Positions 34,700-48,174 of a DNA stretch of 64,000 nucleotides are shown here, piece by piece. The notes under the pieces are model-generated. The model was not told where the DNA came from. It saw only the letters and a program-made list of their open reading frames with translations, and did no database searches. Position 1 is the stretch's first letter, and every line of letters starts with the position of its first letter. The position numbers and the translations under genes were made by a program. The stretch lies in NCBI RefSeq assembly GCF_009914755.1, contig NC_060925.1; one strand, written 5' to 3'. The stretch is from the human T2T-CHM13v2.0 reference genome, Homo sapiens.

Positions 34700-35500
34700 A
34701 ATAATTCTTTTTAGTAGACAAAACACTTATGAACACTGTATAATAACACATGTTTAAGAAGTGAATGATAATTAGAGGGAATTTTACTTGTGAACCCAAG
34801 TTTTAAAGACTTTCTTATTGTCAGCTTCTACATAAAAAAAAAAAAAAAAACACTCCATGCACATGGACAACGTGAGCATGTAAAGTTTCTAACCAATAAT
34901 GAATACAGTGTTGTGACAAGCTGGTTACAGTTTTCAGCCAATGCGATAATCAACACCAATAAGAAAATATGATGGCTGACCCATAAGCAGAAAACTAGAT
35001 TTCCTCTACTCATGATTGGAAACAATGCATAAATATGATTTTGCCGAGGAATGTTTTGAACAAATAATGGAATATCTATGAAAAAAAATTAAATGAGAGA
35101 AAAGTATGGTGTAATTGATTTGGGAGTATAACTAAAGAGCATAGTAGAATTTAAAGAATTATTAATGACCCCCCATAGAGAAAGTTTTAATTTTTTTGAT
35201 AAACAAGAAAGCTAAATCCATTAATGAGGAAGGATGCTTTTCCAAAAAGGTATTTAATGTCTATGAAATAGTGAATAAAGAATAATTGAAGGAGAAGAAA
35301 TTCCACAAAAACTGTCAAGATTTAACATTAAAAGTCTTTTTGAAGGAATTCTTGCAAATTGCATCAATAATAAAAGTTTTCAAGACAGCTGACCCCTGTT
35401 CTGAATGCATTTCAAAAGCACTTAGAAAATTAAACATACCGATTACTGCTACAAAAGATTTCTATGAAAAGAAGCACCATTTATTTCATCTTAAATAGAT
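34700..35500 (+). mobile_element. Degraded pogo/Tigger-type transposase remnant
   Basis: 35286-35498 translates to LTLK..F...DP..E...K..R......FYEKK, resembling the Tigger transposase C-terminus; 34855-34885 gives HAH...VKFL. Confidence 0.5.
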
Positions 35501-35632
35501 TTTTTTTTCTTAAAAAGACCACTTACAATGTAGATGTCATATTAAGGGCTTATTTCACAGATTTCAAAATACATTTAGAAGACTATATTGCTATATTGTG
35601 TTTGATTTATATATTTCTTTTTTGTGACCAGC

Positions 35633-36151
35633 TGTGGTGAAAAGCCTAAAATTAAATCTTAATATTATGTGCTGCCTTGACATAGGGCAAAATTGGGAGT
35701 GTCTTGATGTTCTAACTGCAAGTTCTCAACCCTTCTCTCCTCTTACAGTTGAAGTCTCATAGCCAAATAAGCCACTTTATTAAAAAGAGAAGAGCAGGTG
35801 CAGTTTCTGCTCATCTGTGAGCAGCATGTGTCAGGTCCCTGCCAGCCCGCTGAATTATTCAAACAAGCCAATCACATCTTCCTTTAGGAACCAGGATGTC
35901 ACAGACTCTCTTGATCCTACAAAGCCTGCCTCTCACAGTCTCTGTTTGTTCACTTTATTCCCAAGGACAACCTCTGTGTGGCCTTCCGTGGCTTTCTGTG
36001 TCCTTCTTCCCTGAGCTGTGAGTATACAAGACTAATAAACTCCTGCCAATCTCATCTGTTCAGTGTCAGAAGTCATGTGTTTAGCTATCTTCATAGCCCT
36101 AGGGCAGGAATCCCTTCTCACCAAAAGGGTGAAAAGAAGGTGATTAAAACA
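35633..36151 (+). mobile_element. ERVL-type solo LTR (MER77/MER21 group)
   Basis: TG...CA ends, ccaat at ~35868, aataaa at ~36034, 5-bp TSD ccagc/ccagt. Confidence 0.75.
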
Positions 36152-38550
36152 CCAGTTTTCATATTTTTTATAATATAAATTTTATTTTCAAGTACGGAAT
36201 CACAAAAATCATATTATGCATACAGGAAATAATAAGATTTCAGCTTATTTTTATAAATTTGTGACCACTATCTAGAAACTAATCAGACTGTATATCACAG
36301 AGGATATTTTATAATTGGATATACTGAGGCACAGTTCAGATATGGGAGACTAAGTCACTTGCATAGTAAATGATGGGAGAAGTACATAGATCACACGGTT
36401 CCTCTCACATCAAGGTCTGTTTTCTTTCCATTGTATTCATTTGTCAGAGTCACACAGAGACCAGAATATAAGAATTCATTTCCAATAATATTACAATTCC
36501 AAACATGTATTTCACGTGCATTTTTCCCTCTTTTCCATCAGATTCACTCCTTTGAACCTTCTCAGCATTATTCATGGCAAAGTCAACTGGAGTTTTGTTT
36601 TAGTAAAAAATGCCTGCTACATAGGATTTTCTCTTAGACAAAAATCAAATGGACTCTTGGATGATTATTCTCTTTCTTCCACCATCTCTCAGTTACGACT
36701 TCACAGCAATATCACTGATTTCTCTACCAGTAGTCAATCAATGTATAAATAGAACAGTAACTATCAAGTATGCAAAATTTCAAACGCTAACTCTGTTCCC
36801 ATGATCATTAACATGTGAGCTCTTTCAGTATTTCAGATTGCAATAATTTGAAGGGTAGAGAAACTATACATGTAGCCTCAATTTAGGACAAAAAAACAAA
36901 AAGAAAGAAAAAATATATAGAGAGAACAAACTGAGTATGCTAGTTACCTCATCTCTAAACAAAAGGTTTAAGATATCTTAAGTTTCCTTCTAAATGGAGT
37001 GTTTTGTTTCTTGCTTCCCTTGATATTGATGTTTATATACTGTCATGAAAGTTAGGATAAAAAAAGAATATTTTTAAAAATGCAACAATTTAGAAAAATG
37101 CAGTTATTTTTATCTATCGTTAAAAATATGTCTCTATGATTACACATTATTGATTATTTTGAATGTATGTCTTTCTGAAATAATATGTCTTTTTATGGAT
37201 GCCAATGGTTGATTTGACTCATATATTAGAAATCACCTTAATAGCAGTTGCTCTGCTATGTAATAATTTCTTTAAAAAATTTGTACTAGTTTCATTAACG
37301 AATTATATTCAATATTTAATTATTTATATCTAATAATCCTAGATATCAGGTTATAATTATAGTTATTTAGGAGTACAGTTTATCAATCTACTTCCTATTG
37401 TGAGGTTCACAATGTAATTTGGTCATAAAGGTGTTAAATTTGAATTTTATTAAAGTTGTGATAGGTAACTCATTATAACGGCTTAAAATATTTCTAGAAT
37501 GAAATTATTAAAGACATTCTTAAGGCAGCAGATGTTTGATTCTTAATTTTCCATTTGCCCATGTGTTGAATTGGTCTTAGAGCAGTTATCTGAGATAAGT
37601 GTTTACTTGTTCATATGTGTTCCACATACCAGCTTGTAGAGATGTTGGCGGCTTTCCATTCAGGCAGCTGTCTTAGCTAGTGTTCTTACCAACCATAAGA
37701 TAATCTCCCATCTAGTTGTTAAAATATACACATCAGCCCTTATTGGACAATATAGACATTGTGGACTATAACACTTGACTGTAATATAATCTTGGTTTCT
37801 CTCTTCTTCGAGTCTTTTTTGTTTCGGTTTTTCTGAAAATTTTGTTGTGAGAAATAACATTCATGGAGTTTTTCTCAAGTCATATGTAATTGATTTACTC
37901 TTTATGTCATCATATTTATCTCAGAATCATGTCAATTCATCAGAGATTTTATATATTCAGTATATATTATTCTGAATTTTTAAGAAATATTCCTTACTGA
38001 ACTTCATTATGTAATCATATAGTGCTGGTATGTTGCTAAAAATGTAATTATTTACATAATATAGTGGTGTACCCCTCATGGGCACCAATTTTTTAAATTG
38101 TTTGATTTTCTTGTAAACGTGACTTCTCAAATATTGCTCATATTTGCTTATGTTCTGTCCCCCTAATTATACATCTATGGAATTCAGTTCTATGCTTGTT
38201 TTCCTCACTCTATTGATGAGGTCCTGCAGCTCATTTTCCTTCCTAATGAGACATAGCAAGTTCCTGCCTTGGTTATGTATTGTGACTTTATTTTAGTTAT
38301 TGGTTTAACACTGAGTAGAGGAGGTGGGGATAAATTCTGAGTGAGGGATACCTGTTGCCTTGTTTTGGGTGGAGAGTGGGGTGGTTGCGTCTTCTTTCAT
38401 GGAGTAAGCGGTAAAGTTTATCAAAGAGTGGGCCACTTCTACCAATTCAGAGACCTCAGAGTAATACGGTGATTAAATATTTTTAGGGCTGTCTATGCTT
38501 GTGCCCCCATTCTATGCCTCAGGGTCCCATTCTTTCTCAAATAGAGCCCC

Positions 38551-41500
38551 TTATTGATGAGACTGTCTTTTCCCCAGCGTATGTTCTGGGAACCTTTGTC
38601 AAAAATGAGTTTACTGCAGGTGTGTGGATTTGTTTCTGGGTTCTCTATTCTGTTCCCTTGGTCTATGTGTCTGTTTTTATTTCAATACGATGCTTTCTGG
38701 ATGCTTTAGCTGTAGTATAATTTGAAGTTAGATAATGTGGTTCTTATAGTTTTGTTCTTTTGCTCAGGATAGCTTTTTGCTCAGGCTATTCTGGATGTTT
38801 TGTGATTCTATACAAATTTTAGAATTTTTTTTTTCTATTTCTGTGAAGAATGCCATTGGTATTTTGATAGTGATTGCATTGAATTTGTAGATTGCTTCAG
38901 GTAGTATGGAAATTACAACAGTATTGATTCTTCCAATCCATGAATATGACTATCTTTCCATTTTGTGATGTCCTCTTCAATTTATTTATCAGTGTTTCAT
39001 AGTTTTCGTTTTAAAGATGTTTCACGTCTTTGGTTAAGTTAATTCCTAGGTATTTTATATTATTTATGGCTATTGTAAATGAGAGTACATGCTTTACTTT
39101 TTTTTCAGATTGTTTACTGTTGGCATATACAAATGCTATTAATTTTTGTATGCTGATTTTTTAATCCTGCAACTGTACTGAATTTGTTTTTCAGCTGTAA
39201 TGGTTTTTTGGTGGCATCTTTAGGTTTTTCCAAATATAAGATTATATCATCTGCAAATAAGAATAATTTGACTTCTTCCTTTCCAATTTGGGTGGCTTTT
39301 ATTTCTTTCTCTCATCTGATTGCTCTAGCTAGGATTTCCAGTAATATATTGAATGACAGTGGTGAAAATGGACATCCTTGTCATGTTCCAGATGTTGCAG
39401 GAAAGGCTTTCAGTCATTCCTCATTCAGTATGATACTAGCTGTGCGTCTGTTGTATACAACATTTATTATGTTGAGGTATGTTCCTTCTATTCCCAGTTT
39501 TTTGAATGTTTTTACCATGAAAAGATGTTAAATTTCATCAAATGCATTTTCATCATCAATTGAAATGATTATATGGTTTTTGTCTTTCATTCTATTGATA
39601 TGATATCCCATACATTGATTTGAGTATGTTGAATTATCCTTGCAACCTATGGATAAATCCCACTTGCCCATGATGAATGATCATTTTAGGTATTATTGAA
39701 TTCAGTTTGCTAGTATTTTGTTGAGGATTTTTGCATCAATATTCATGAGAGATTCATCAATATTCTTTGGCCTGTAGTTCTCTTTTTTTGATGTTTCTTT
39801 GGTTTTAATATCAGCATAATATTGGCCTCAGAGAATGAGTTTGGAAGTATTTCCTCCTTCTCTATTTTTCAGAACAGTTTGAGTAGGATTGGTGTTAGTT
39901 CTTAAAATATTTGTTAGAATTAAGCAATGAAGTCATCAAGCCTGGGGCTTTTCATTACTGAGGACTTCTACTATAACTTTGATCTTGTTACTTGTCAGTG
40001 GTCTGTTCAGATTTTGGATTTCTTCCTGGTTCAAACTCAGTAGGTTGTGTGTGCCTATGGATTTATCCATTTTTTCTAGATTTTACAATTTATTGGCATA
40101 TAAATGTTCATAGTAGCCACTAATGATCCTTGGAATTTCTGTGGTATCAACTGTAATGTCTTCATTTTCATCTCTGATATTATTTATTTGGGTCTTCTTT
40201 CCTTTTTTCTTAGTCTGGCTAAAGGTTCGTCAATTTTGTTTATCTTTTCAAACAACAAACTTTTTGTTTCATTGATTTCTTGAGTTTTTTTTAAATCATG
40301 TCAAATTCATTTCTGCTCTGATTTTTATTTTTTTCTTCTTTAATTTGAGGTTCAGTTTTTTTGCATTTCTAGTTCTTTAAGCTGTGTCATTAAGTTATTG
40401 ATTTGAAGTTTTCCTTCACTTTGATGTAGGCACTTATCGTTATGAATTTCCCTTTAGTATTGCTTTTGCTGTATCTGTACATTTTGGTATATTATATTCC
40501 CACTGTCATTTGTTTCAAAACAAATTACAAAGAAAATTTTGAATTTCCTTCTTAACTTCTTCATTGACCCACTGGTAATTCAGGAGCATACTGTTTAATT
40601 TCCATGTGTTTATATACTTACAAAAATTCCTCCTGTTATTGATTTCTAGTTTTATTCCATTGTGGTCAGAGAAGATGCTTGATAGTATTTCAATTTTTTT
40701 GGATGTTCTAAGACTTGTTTTGTGACCTAACATATGCTCTATTTTTGGGAACAGTCCAAATACTGAGGAAAAGAATGTGTATTTTCCAGCCTTTGAATGA
40801 AATGTTGTGTAAATATCTATTAGATAAATTTGTTCCACAGTGCAGACTGAGTCCAATGTTTCTTTGTTGATTTTCTGTGTGGGAGATCTGTCCAATGCTG
40901 AAAGTGGGATAGTGAAGTCTTTAGCTGTTATTGTATTGGGTCTATCTCTCTCTTGAGCTCTGATAACATTTGCTTTATATATCTAAGAACTTCAATGTTG
41001 GGTGCATATATATTTATAATTGTTATATCCTCTTGCTGAATTGACCCCTTTATCATTATATAATGACATTCTCAATATCTTCTTAAAGTTTTTGTTTTGA
41101 AATCTATTTTGTCTGATCTAAGTATAAGTATTTCTGCTATTTTGTCGTTTACATTGGCATGGAATATCTTTTTCCATTCCTTTATTTTCAGTCTACATGT
41201 ATCTTTATAGGTGAAGTGTGTTTCTTGTAGGCAACAGATCATTGTGTCTTGTTTTCTTCATCCATTCAGTCACTCCATGTCTTTTGATTGGAGAGATTAG
41301 TCTATTTATATCCAAAGTTATTACTGATAAGTAGGATCTTACTCCTGCCATTTTATTATTTGTGCTCTGGTTGTTTTGCAGTCTTCTCTTCCTTCTTTCC
41401 TTCTTTTCTGTTTTTCTTTTAGTGAGGCTGATTTTCTCTGTTGGTATGCTCTCATTTCTTGCTTTTTATTTTTTTGTATATCCGTTGTATGTTTTTCAAT

Positions 41501-44500
41501 TTCAGGTTACCATGAGGTTTGCAAATACAATCTTATAACCCACATTTTACACTGATGATGATTTAATACTAATTGCAAAAGGCATTACTAAAGGCATTTA
41601 CTAATGAAACTCCCATAAATCAAGGATAAAGAAAGAATCTAAAAGCAGCAAGTGCAAGAAACAAGAACAAATGTGCAGAAAGAAAACTAATAAAACCAAT
41701 AAAAATTATACACTTTAACTTCATCCTTCCTTTTTTAACTTTAAGTTGTTTTTCTTTATGTCTTATTGTACTATGCCTTGAAAAGTTGTTGTAGTTATCA
41801 AGAATAGTTTACACACCACTATTACAGTGTTATATACTATTCTGTGTTTTTCTGTGTGCTTACTATTTCCAGGGAGTTTTTTGCCTTCAGATGATTTCTT
41901 CTTGCACATTAACATCATTTTCTTCCAGTTAGAAAAACTCCCTTTAGCATTTCTTTTAGGACAGGTTTGGTGTTGATGAAATCCCTTAGCTTTTGTTTGT
42001 CTCAGAAGGTCTTTATTTCTTCTTTATGCTTGAAGGGTATTTTCACTGGCTATACTATTCTAGGGAAAAAGGCTTTTTCCTTCAGCAATTTAAATATGTC
42101 ATACCACTCTCTCCTGTCTTGCAAGATTTCCATTGAGAAGTCTGCTGCCAAATGCATTGGAGCTCCGTTGTATGTTATTTGTTTGTTTTCACTTGCTGCT
42201 TTTAGATTCTCTCATTATCTTTGATTTTTGGGAGTTTCATTAGTAAATGCCTTACGGTAGTCTTGAGTTAAAAATTTTCTTGGTGTTCAATAGCCTTCTT
42301 GTGCTTAAATGTTGATATCCTTCTCTAGGTTTGGGAATTTCTCGATATTATCCCTTTGAATAAATTTTCTACCCCTATCTCTTTCTCTACCTCCTCTTTA
42401 AGGCCATTGATGCTTAGATTTGCCATGCTGAGGCTATTTCTAGATTTCATAGCCATGTTTCATTTTTTTCCCTTTTTCTTGTCTCCTCTGATTGCTTATT
42501 TTCAAATAGCTTCTCTTCAAGCTCACTAATTCCTTCTTCTGTTTGATCACTTCTGCTATTAAGAGACTCGTGCATTCTTCAGAATGTCAACTGCATTCTT
42601 CAACTCAAAAAAACTTTCTGCTTGATTCTTAATTATTTCAATATCTTTGTTAAATTTTTCTAACAGAATTCTATATTCCTTCTCTATATTATCTTGAATT
42701 TCTTTGAGTTTCCTCAAAACTGCTATTTTGAATTCTCTGTATATCTCTGTTTTTCCGGGATTGGTCCCTGGTGCCGTATTTAGTTCATTTCGTGATGTCA
42801 TGTTTTCCAGGATGCTGTCGATGCTTGCAGATATTCGTCAGCATCTGGGCACTGAAGAGTTAGATATTTGTTATAGTCACACCCTGGACTTCTTTGTGCC
42901 TGTCCTTCTTTGGAAGGCTTCTCAGCTATTCAAAAGGACTTGGATCCCAAGCACAATAACACTGTGGTGTTTGTCGACTCATGGAAGTACCACTTTGATG
43001 GTCTTGATAAAGATCTGGAAGAATTCTCTGGATTACCAAGCAGAGACTCTTGTTGTTTTCCCATACTTTCTCCCAAACAAACGGAGTCTCTCTCTCTCTG
43101 TGCTGAGCCACCTGGAAATGGGGGTGTGGTGATGAAAGCACCTCTATGGCCATCATTATTGGGATTGTGCTGGATCAGGCCTGAAGCCAGCATAGCACTG
43201 AATCTTGCTCAAGGTCCTTCCCTTCGGGGCAGTGAGTTCCCCCAGGCCACAGATATGTCCAGAGGTGCTGTCTGGGAGCCAGGGATTGAAGTCAAAAACC
43301 TTAGCAGTCTACCTGATGTTCCATTATATTGCAGCTAAACTGGCACTCAAACCACAATACAAAGTACTTCTCACTCTTCCCTCCTCTTTCCATAGGCATA
43401 AGAGCCTGCCCTTGTGTCTACCATCACCACCATTCTATGGGAGGTTCTGCCAGTCCACTACCACTATTCACTTTAAGTCCAAGGGCTCCTCTGTCAGCTT
43501 GTGGTAAATGATGCCAGGCCTGAGACTTACTTCAGTGCACTCTGGCGCAAAGGAGGTCCAGAAATGCCACTCTGGAGCCTAGGCCTAGACTTGGGGACCC
43601 CAAGAGCCTGCTTGTTGCTCTACCTACCATGGCCAAGCTTGTACCTAAGAGGCAAGACAAAGTCCCCTTTACTTTTCTCTTTGCTTTTCTCAAACAGAAG
43701 GAGTCTTTCCCTGTAGCCATTATAGCTGGTTATGTGTTGGGTCACCCCTGAAGCCAGCACATCTCAGAATCCAAAGCCCATGGTGTACTCCCTGGGTATT
43801 ACTGGGGTTATTCAGGGCCCAAAGGCTCTTTAGTTAACATGTGATGAGTTTTGCGAGAACTGGATTCTTCCCTTCAATGTAGTGGGTTCCCTTTTGGCCC
43901 AAGATGTGTGCAGAAATGTCATCTGGAAGCTAAAGCCTTACTACTCTGTCCAGTGCCCTATCCTACTGTTGCTGAGCTGGTATCTAAGATGCAAGATTAA
44001 GTACTCTTTACTCTTCACTCTCCTCTCCGTACCGCCTGGGGTTTGGGGAGGGATGGCACAAGCACTCCCTTAGCCACACCAGCTGGTGTCTCCCTAGGTC
44101 ACATGCTACCCTAGTCTACTGGCTGTAAGACCAGCCTAACACTAGGATTTACCTAGGAATTGCAATCCTTGTGTCTTAAACTGCCTTTCAAATTTACCTA
44201 GAACCCCAGAGACTTTTAGTCCTTGGTGGCAAAGCATGCCAAAAAACTTAAGTTCCAACCCCTGGGATGGGTGATTCCCCTCTGGTAAGGGCTGGTCCAA
44301 ATTCTAACTACATGCACAGGCACGTGCTGAGCCCAGCACCATTTATTCTCTGTGACAGGACAGCATTGAGGTCAATGTCAATCCCCCAGTCACTGAGATC
44401 TCCCTCCTCAAGGTGCACAGAGCCACTGCTGGGGGTCAGGGGATGGGTGGCATCTGTGATTCAAGACTATCTCTCCTGCCCTCATCAATGTCTCTCTTAG

Positions 44501-44652
44501 TGATATGAAGTTAAACCAGGTACTGTGGTTGTTCACCTAAATTTTGGTTCTTTTGATGGTCCTTTACCGTGTGCAGATGATTGTTAAAATTCGGTGTTCC
44601 AGTGGGGAGAATGAACAGTGTAAGCTTCTATTCCACTATGTTGCTCCGCCCC
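38551..44652 (-). mobile_element. L1MA1-3/L1M1-type LINE-1 with 5'UTR, ORF1 and the 5' two-thirds of ORF2; 3' end absent
   Basis: 5' start ggggcggagcaacatagtggaatagaag at 44652, long 5'UTR, ORF1 fragment REFKIAVLRKLKEIQ, EN fragment IFSDHNGIKLEIN; heavily mutated. Confidence 0.9.
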
Positions 44653-44880
44653 AGATGAAATTCACTTGAGTTTATTATTGACCTAACTTTTCTATGTTAA
44701 TGTTTTCTGCATCTTTGAGGTTAATTAAGTGTTCCCTTTATTATCCATTTCCCCTCACTAGTTTAATAATTACACATTTTTTAATGAAGCTTTTGGCAGT
44801 TAGCCTGGAGATTATCATCTACCTTATTGACTTATTAGTGTCTTAAATAAATTCAAATTCTTACAGTTTTGTTTATCTAG

Positions 44881-45281
44881 TGTGATGGATAATTTCTGTA
44901 AAAACTTGGCCAGGCTATGGCACCCAGTTGTTTTGTCAAACACTGGTATAATGTTGCTGTGAAAATATATGTGAAGATTAACAATTATTATCCAGCTGAC
45001 ATTAAGTAAAGCAGATTACCTTTCATAAAGTGGTGGGTCTCATTCAATGAGTTAAATGCCTTAAGATAAAAGACTGAGGTTTCCTGAGGGCAAAGTATTT
45101 GTGCCTCAAGACTGCAACTTAGAAGCACTGTGTAAATTCCCATCTTCCATCCTCCCCTGCATAGTATGAATTCAAGACTGCAACATCAACTCTTATCTGA
45201 ATTTTCAGCCCAACAGACTACAGATTTCAGATTTGTCTGGCCCCTAAGGTTCTGTTTTTCTGGAGAACCCTGACTAATACA
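44881..45281 (+). mobile_element. ERVL solo LTR, MLT2D-like
   Basis: tgtgatgg ... ctggagaaccctgactaataca; exact 5-bp TSD tctag at 44876-44880 and 45282-45286. Confidence 0.9.
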
Positions 45282-45423
45282 TCTAGTCAATTATTTCACT
45301 GGAATGAAGTGCTGGGTTTCTGATTTCTAACAGCAACAGTGGAAGCGAGGAAATGATGGAATGGAATTTTGAAAAGACACAGTGACACATATCAATACCA
45401 ACTTAATATTTCATTTGTTTGTT

Positions 45424-45739
45424 TATTATTATTATTAGAGACAGGATCTTGCTCTGTTGCCCAGGCTGGAATTCAGTGGCACGACCATAACTCAATGCAG
45501 CTTTGAACTTCTGGGCCCAAGCTATCCTCCCACCTCAGCCTCCCAAGTAGCTGAGACTACAAATGCATGCAATTGTGCCCAGCTATTTTCTTTGCTTTTG
45601 CTTTTTTTTTTTTTTTTTTTAAACAGACAAGGTCTTTCTTTGTTGCCCACACTGATCGTGAACTCCTGGCTTCAAGCAATCCTCCTGCCTCAGCTTCCCA
45701 AAGTGCTGAGATTATAGGGGTGAGCCACCACACATGGCC
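45424..45739 (-). mobile_element. AluJo/Jr
   Basis: J-type tcctcccacctcagcc and tcaagcaatcctcctgcc; expanded T-rich linker. Confidence 0.9.
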
Positions 45740-45764
45740 TCAACCTAATGTTAGGAACAAAGTA

Positions 45765-46400
45765 GGTAGGTTTTATAAGAGATTGGACAGAGTTAAAAAG
45801 AGTATTAGTGAACTTGAAGACTAGTCAGTAAAAAACACCCACATAAAAGTACAGAAAAATAAAAAGAATTAACTCCAGAAAATAGCATAAGCATAGGGAA
45901 CACAGTGAAAGTCTAACCTATATATATTTAGTTTCCCATAGAGAAAAAAAAAGAGAGAATGAAGAGCCATGAATTTGTTAAATATTTGGATAAACTGAAT
46001 TAAGTATGTCTACTTATGATAGTATCTATAGTACTTTATGGAGTAAAATATATAGAGAGAATTAAAATATATGAAAAATAGAATATAATTCAGAATGAAG
46101 TAAATGGAGAAAGTGTCCCAAGGTGTCATTATTGCAGAGGAAGAGGGTACCACCTGACATTTTATTTTTATAATGCAAAGGTAGTTACTATTGGAATAGT
46201 AAAAATTATACTTCCTAACTGAAAGGGAAAAATAGAATAATCAAAAATAGTTATTCCAAAAGAAATAAAGAAGGAGAGAAAAAGGATCAAAGGCACAGAT
46301 AGAAATTGCAGAATAAGATTGAAGAAATAAATCAACATTCATCAGTTAATATATTAAATAAAAAAAAATGCTCAAATTAAAAAAAAATCAAACTCCATAG
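45765..46400 (+). mobile_element. Ancient L1M ORF1/spacer fragments
   Basis: gattggacagagttaaaagagtattagtgaacttgaagac (RLD...ISELED-like). Confidence 0.55.
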
Positions 46401-47027
46401 ACAGTCTAAATGATAAACATACCGAATGAAAATATATATATTTATATTTATTTATTTATTTATGTAAATAGCAGCTCAGTATACCCTAGCTAAAACTTTT
46501 TAAAAGTCTAGCAACTTCTTAGATTATAAACCCTCTTTGGATAAAGATTGCATTTTACTCATAATTGAACCATCTGTGAGGCTTTGCAACATGGCATGCA
46601 TATACACAATGAAACAATTCACTTGAATATTGCATAAGAGTTAATAAAGTGCAGTAGCACATTATGTCTCTCAGAACAGTCTTGTATACCAGGGAAAGAA
46701 GAACTTTTAATTTAATGAAAAAAAGAAACAAAGCTAAGAATTGGCCTGTTCAAGATTATTTAGCAAGAACTGAAACTCAAATTTAAGATGCTTTATACCT
46801 ATCTTCTGTACTATTTTATGAATTAACTCTTTGTGTAATTAAATTGAATCATTTGTATCTTTAATCATTCTCCAAATGTTTCCACTTTTAAATATTTTGA
46901 GATCATTCATTCAGGGATGACTGAACACATATCTAATTGCTTCATTTACTTATGTCATCTTAATGAATGTGAATTATAACTCATTCAATTTAGTTCTAAT
47001 AATTGGCACTGATGATAAAATTAGATT

Positions 47028-47170
47028 TATGCCTGTAGTCTCTGCTACTTGAGACAATGAGGCAAGAAGATCACTTGAGGCCAGAAGTTCAAGTGTGTTA
47101 TGATCTCCTGTGAATAGCCACTGCACTCCAGCCTGGGAAACATAGCAAGATCCCATCTCTCAAAGAAAAC
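47028..47170 (+). mobile_element. FAM (fossil Alu monomer)
   Basis: Monomer containing the 7SL-like cctgtgaatagccactgcactccagcctggg segment, which dimeric Alus lack. Confidence 0.8.
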
Positions 47171-47800
47171 CTCAAAACTAGCTAGTTCTTTTTCATTTGT
47201 TAGGAAGAGTCATGGCTATTCTTGTGAAAGAACATATTTTTCACCCATGCAGCAAACCAAGAACTGCATCTTTACAGATTCAATCAGAGACAATAAGAAG
47301 GTTTGATCTGTATTAACTCCAAGCAATTGGAGTCATCCAACAAAATGGTCTCTGCCATTTTGTTACTAGCTGCAAAACAACCATACCTGATATTCTCATG
47401 GTTACTGGGAGACAGTTCTCATAAAATGGTAGAAACTAAAGACATTGACAGGGTTATAAAACTCACAGTCTATTGTGAAAGAAGAACAGTTAAAAAATTT
47501 AAAATAAACATTAAAAAGAGTAAATACAGATGACATTATCATCCCTTAAATAAGATCATGGAAAGCAGTACTGTATTTTCTAGCTTCTACAGTATGGCTA
47601 GACCTCTGATTTGGTCATTTCATGGATGATATCACATTGAAACCTCATGTCAACCTGGTAGGAGACATATTAAATGTACATGAAAAATAAGAAAACTGAC
47701 ATTCTGAATTATTGCTATCAATAATTTCTAGTTTTAATTATAGTAAGATTAATAATAATTGCTATACTTTAATCATTCCATTATTTCTAGGATTGGCATT

Positions 47801-48174
47801 TGTACTTATGCCGTTTTCACACTGCTGAAAAGAAATACCTGATACTGGGTAATTTATAAAGGAAAGAGGTTTAATTGATGGTTCTGCATGGCTAGGGCAG
47901 TCTCAGGAAACTTACAATCATGGCAGAAGGTGAAGGAAAAGCCAGTACCTTCTTCACAAGGTGGCAGGAAACAGCATGTGGAAGAAGTGCTGTCAAACAA
48001 TTATAAAACCATCAGATCTTGTGAGAACTCAGTCACTATCACAAGGACAGCATGGGGGAAACTGACCCCATAATCTAGTCACCTCCCACCAGGTCCCTCC
48101 CTCAACACATGGGGATTATGGGGATTACAATTTGAGATGAGATTTGGGTGGGGACACAGAGCCAAACCATATCA
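47801..48174 (-). mobile_element. MaLR solo LTR, THE1D/MSTA-like
   Basis: ctgggtaatttataaaggaaagaggtttaattga ... gatttgggtggggacacagagccaaaccatatca. Confidence 0.9.

Noticed and set aside
42704-44500. Cluster of 60-142 aa ORFs on both strands
   Set aside because: They lie in the GC-richer 5'UTR of the old L1MA and have no recognisable domains.
47028-47170. Functional 7SL RNA gene
   Set aside because: Too short, lacks most of the S domain, and is diverged.
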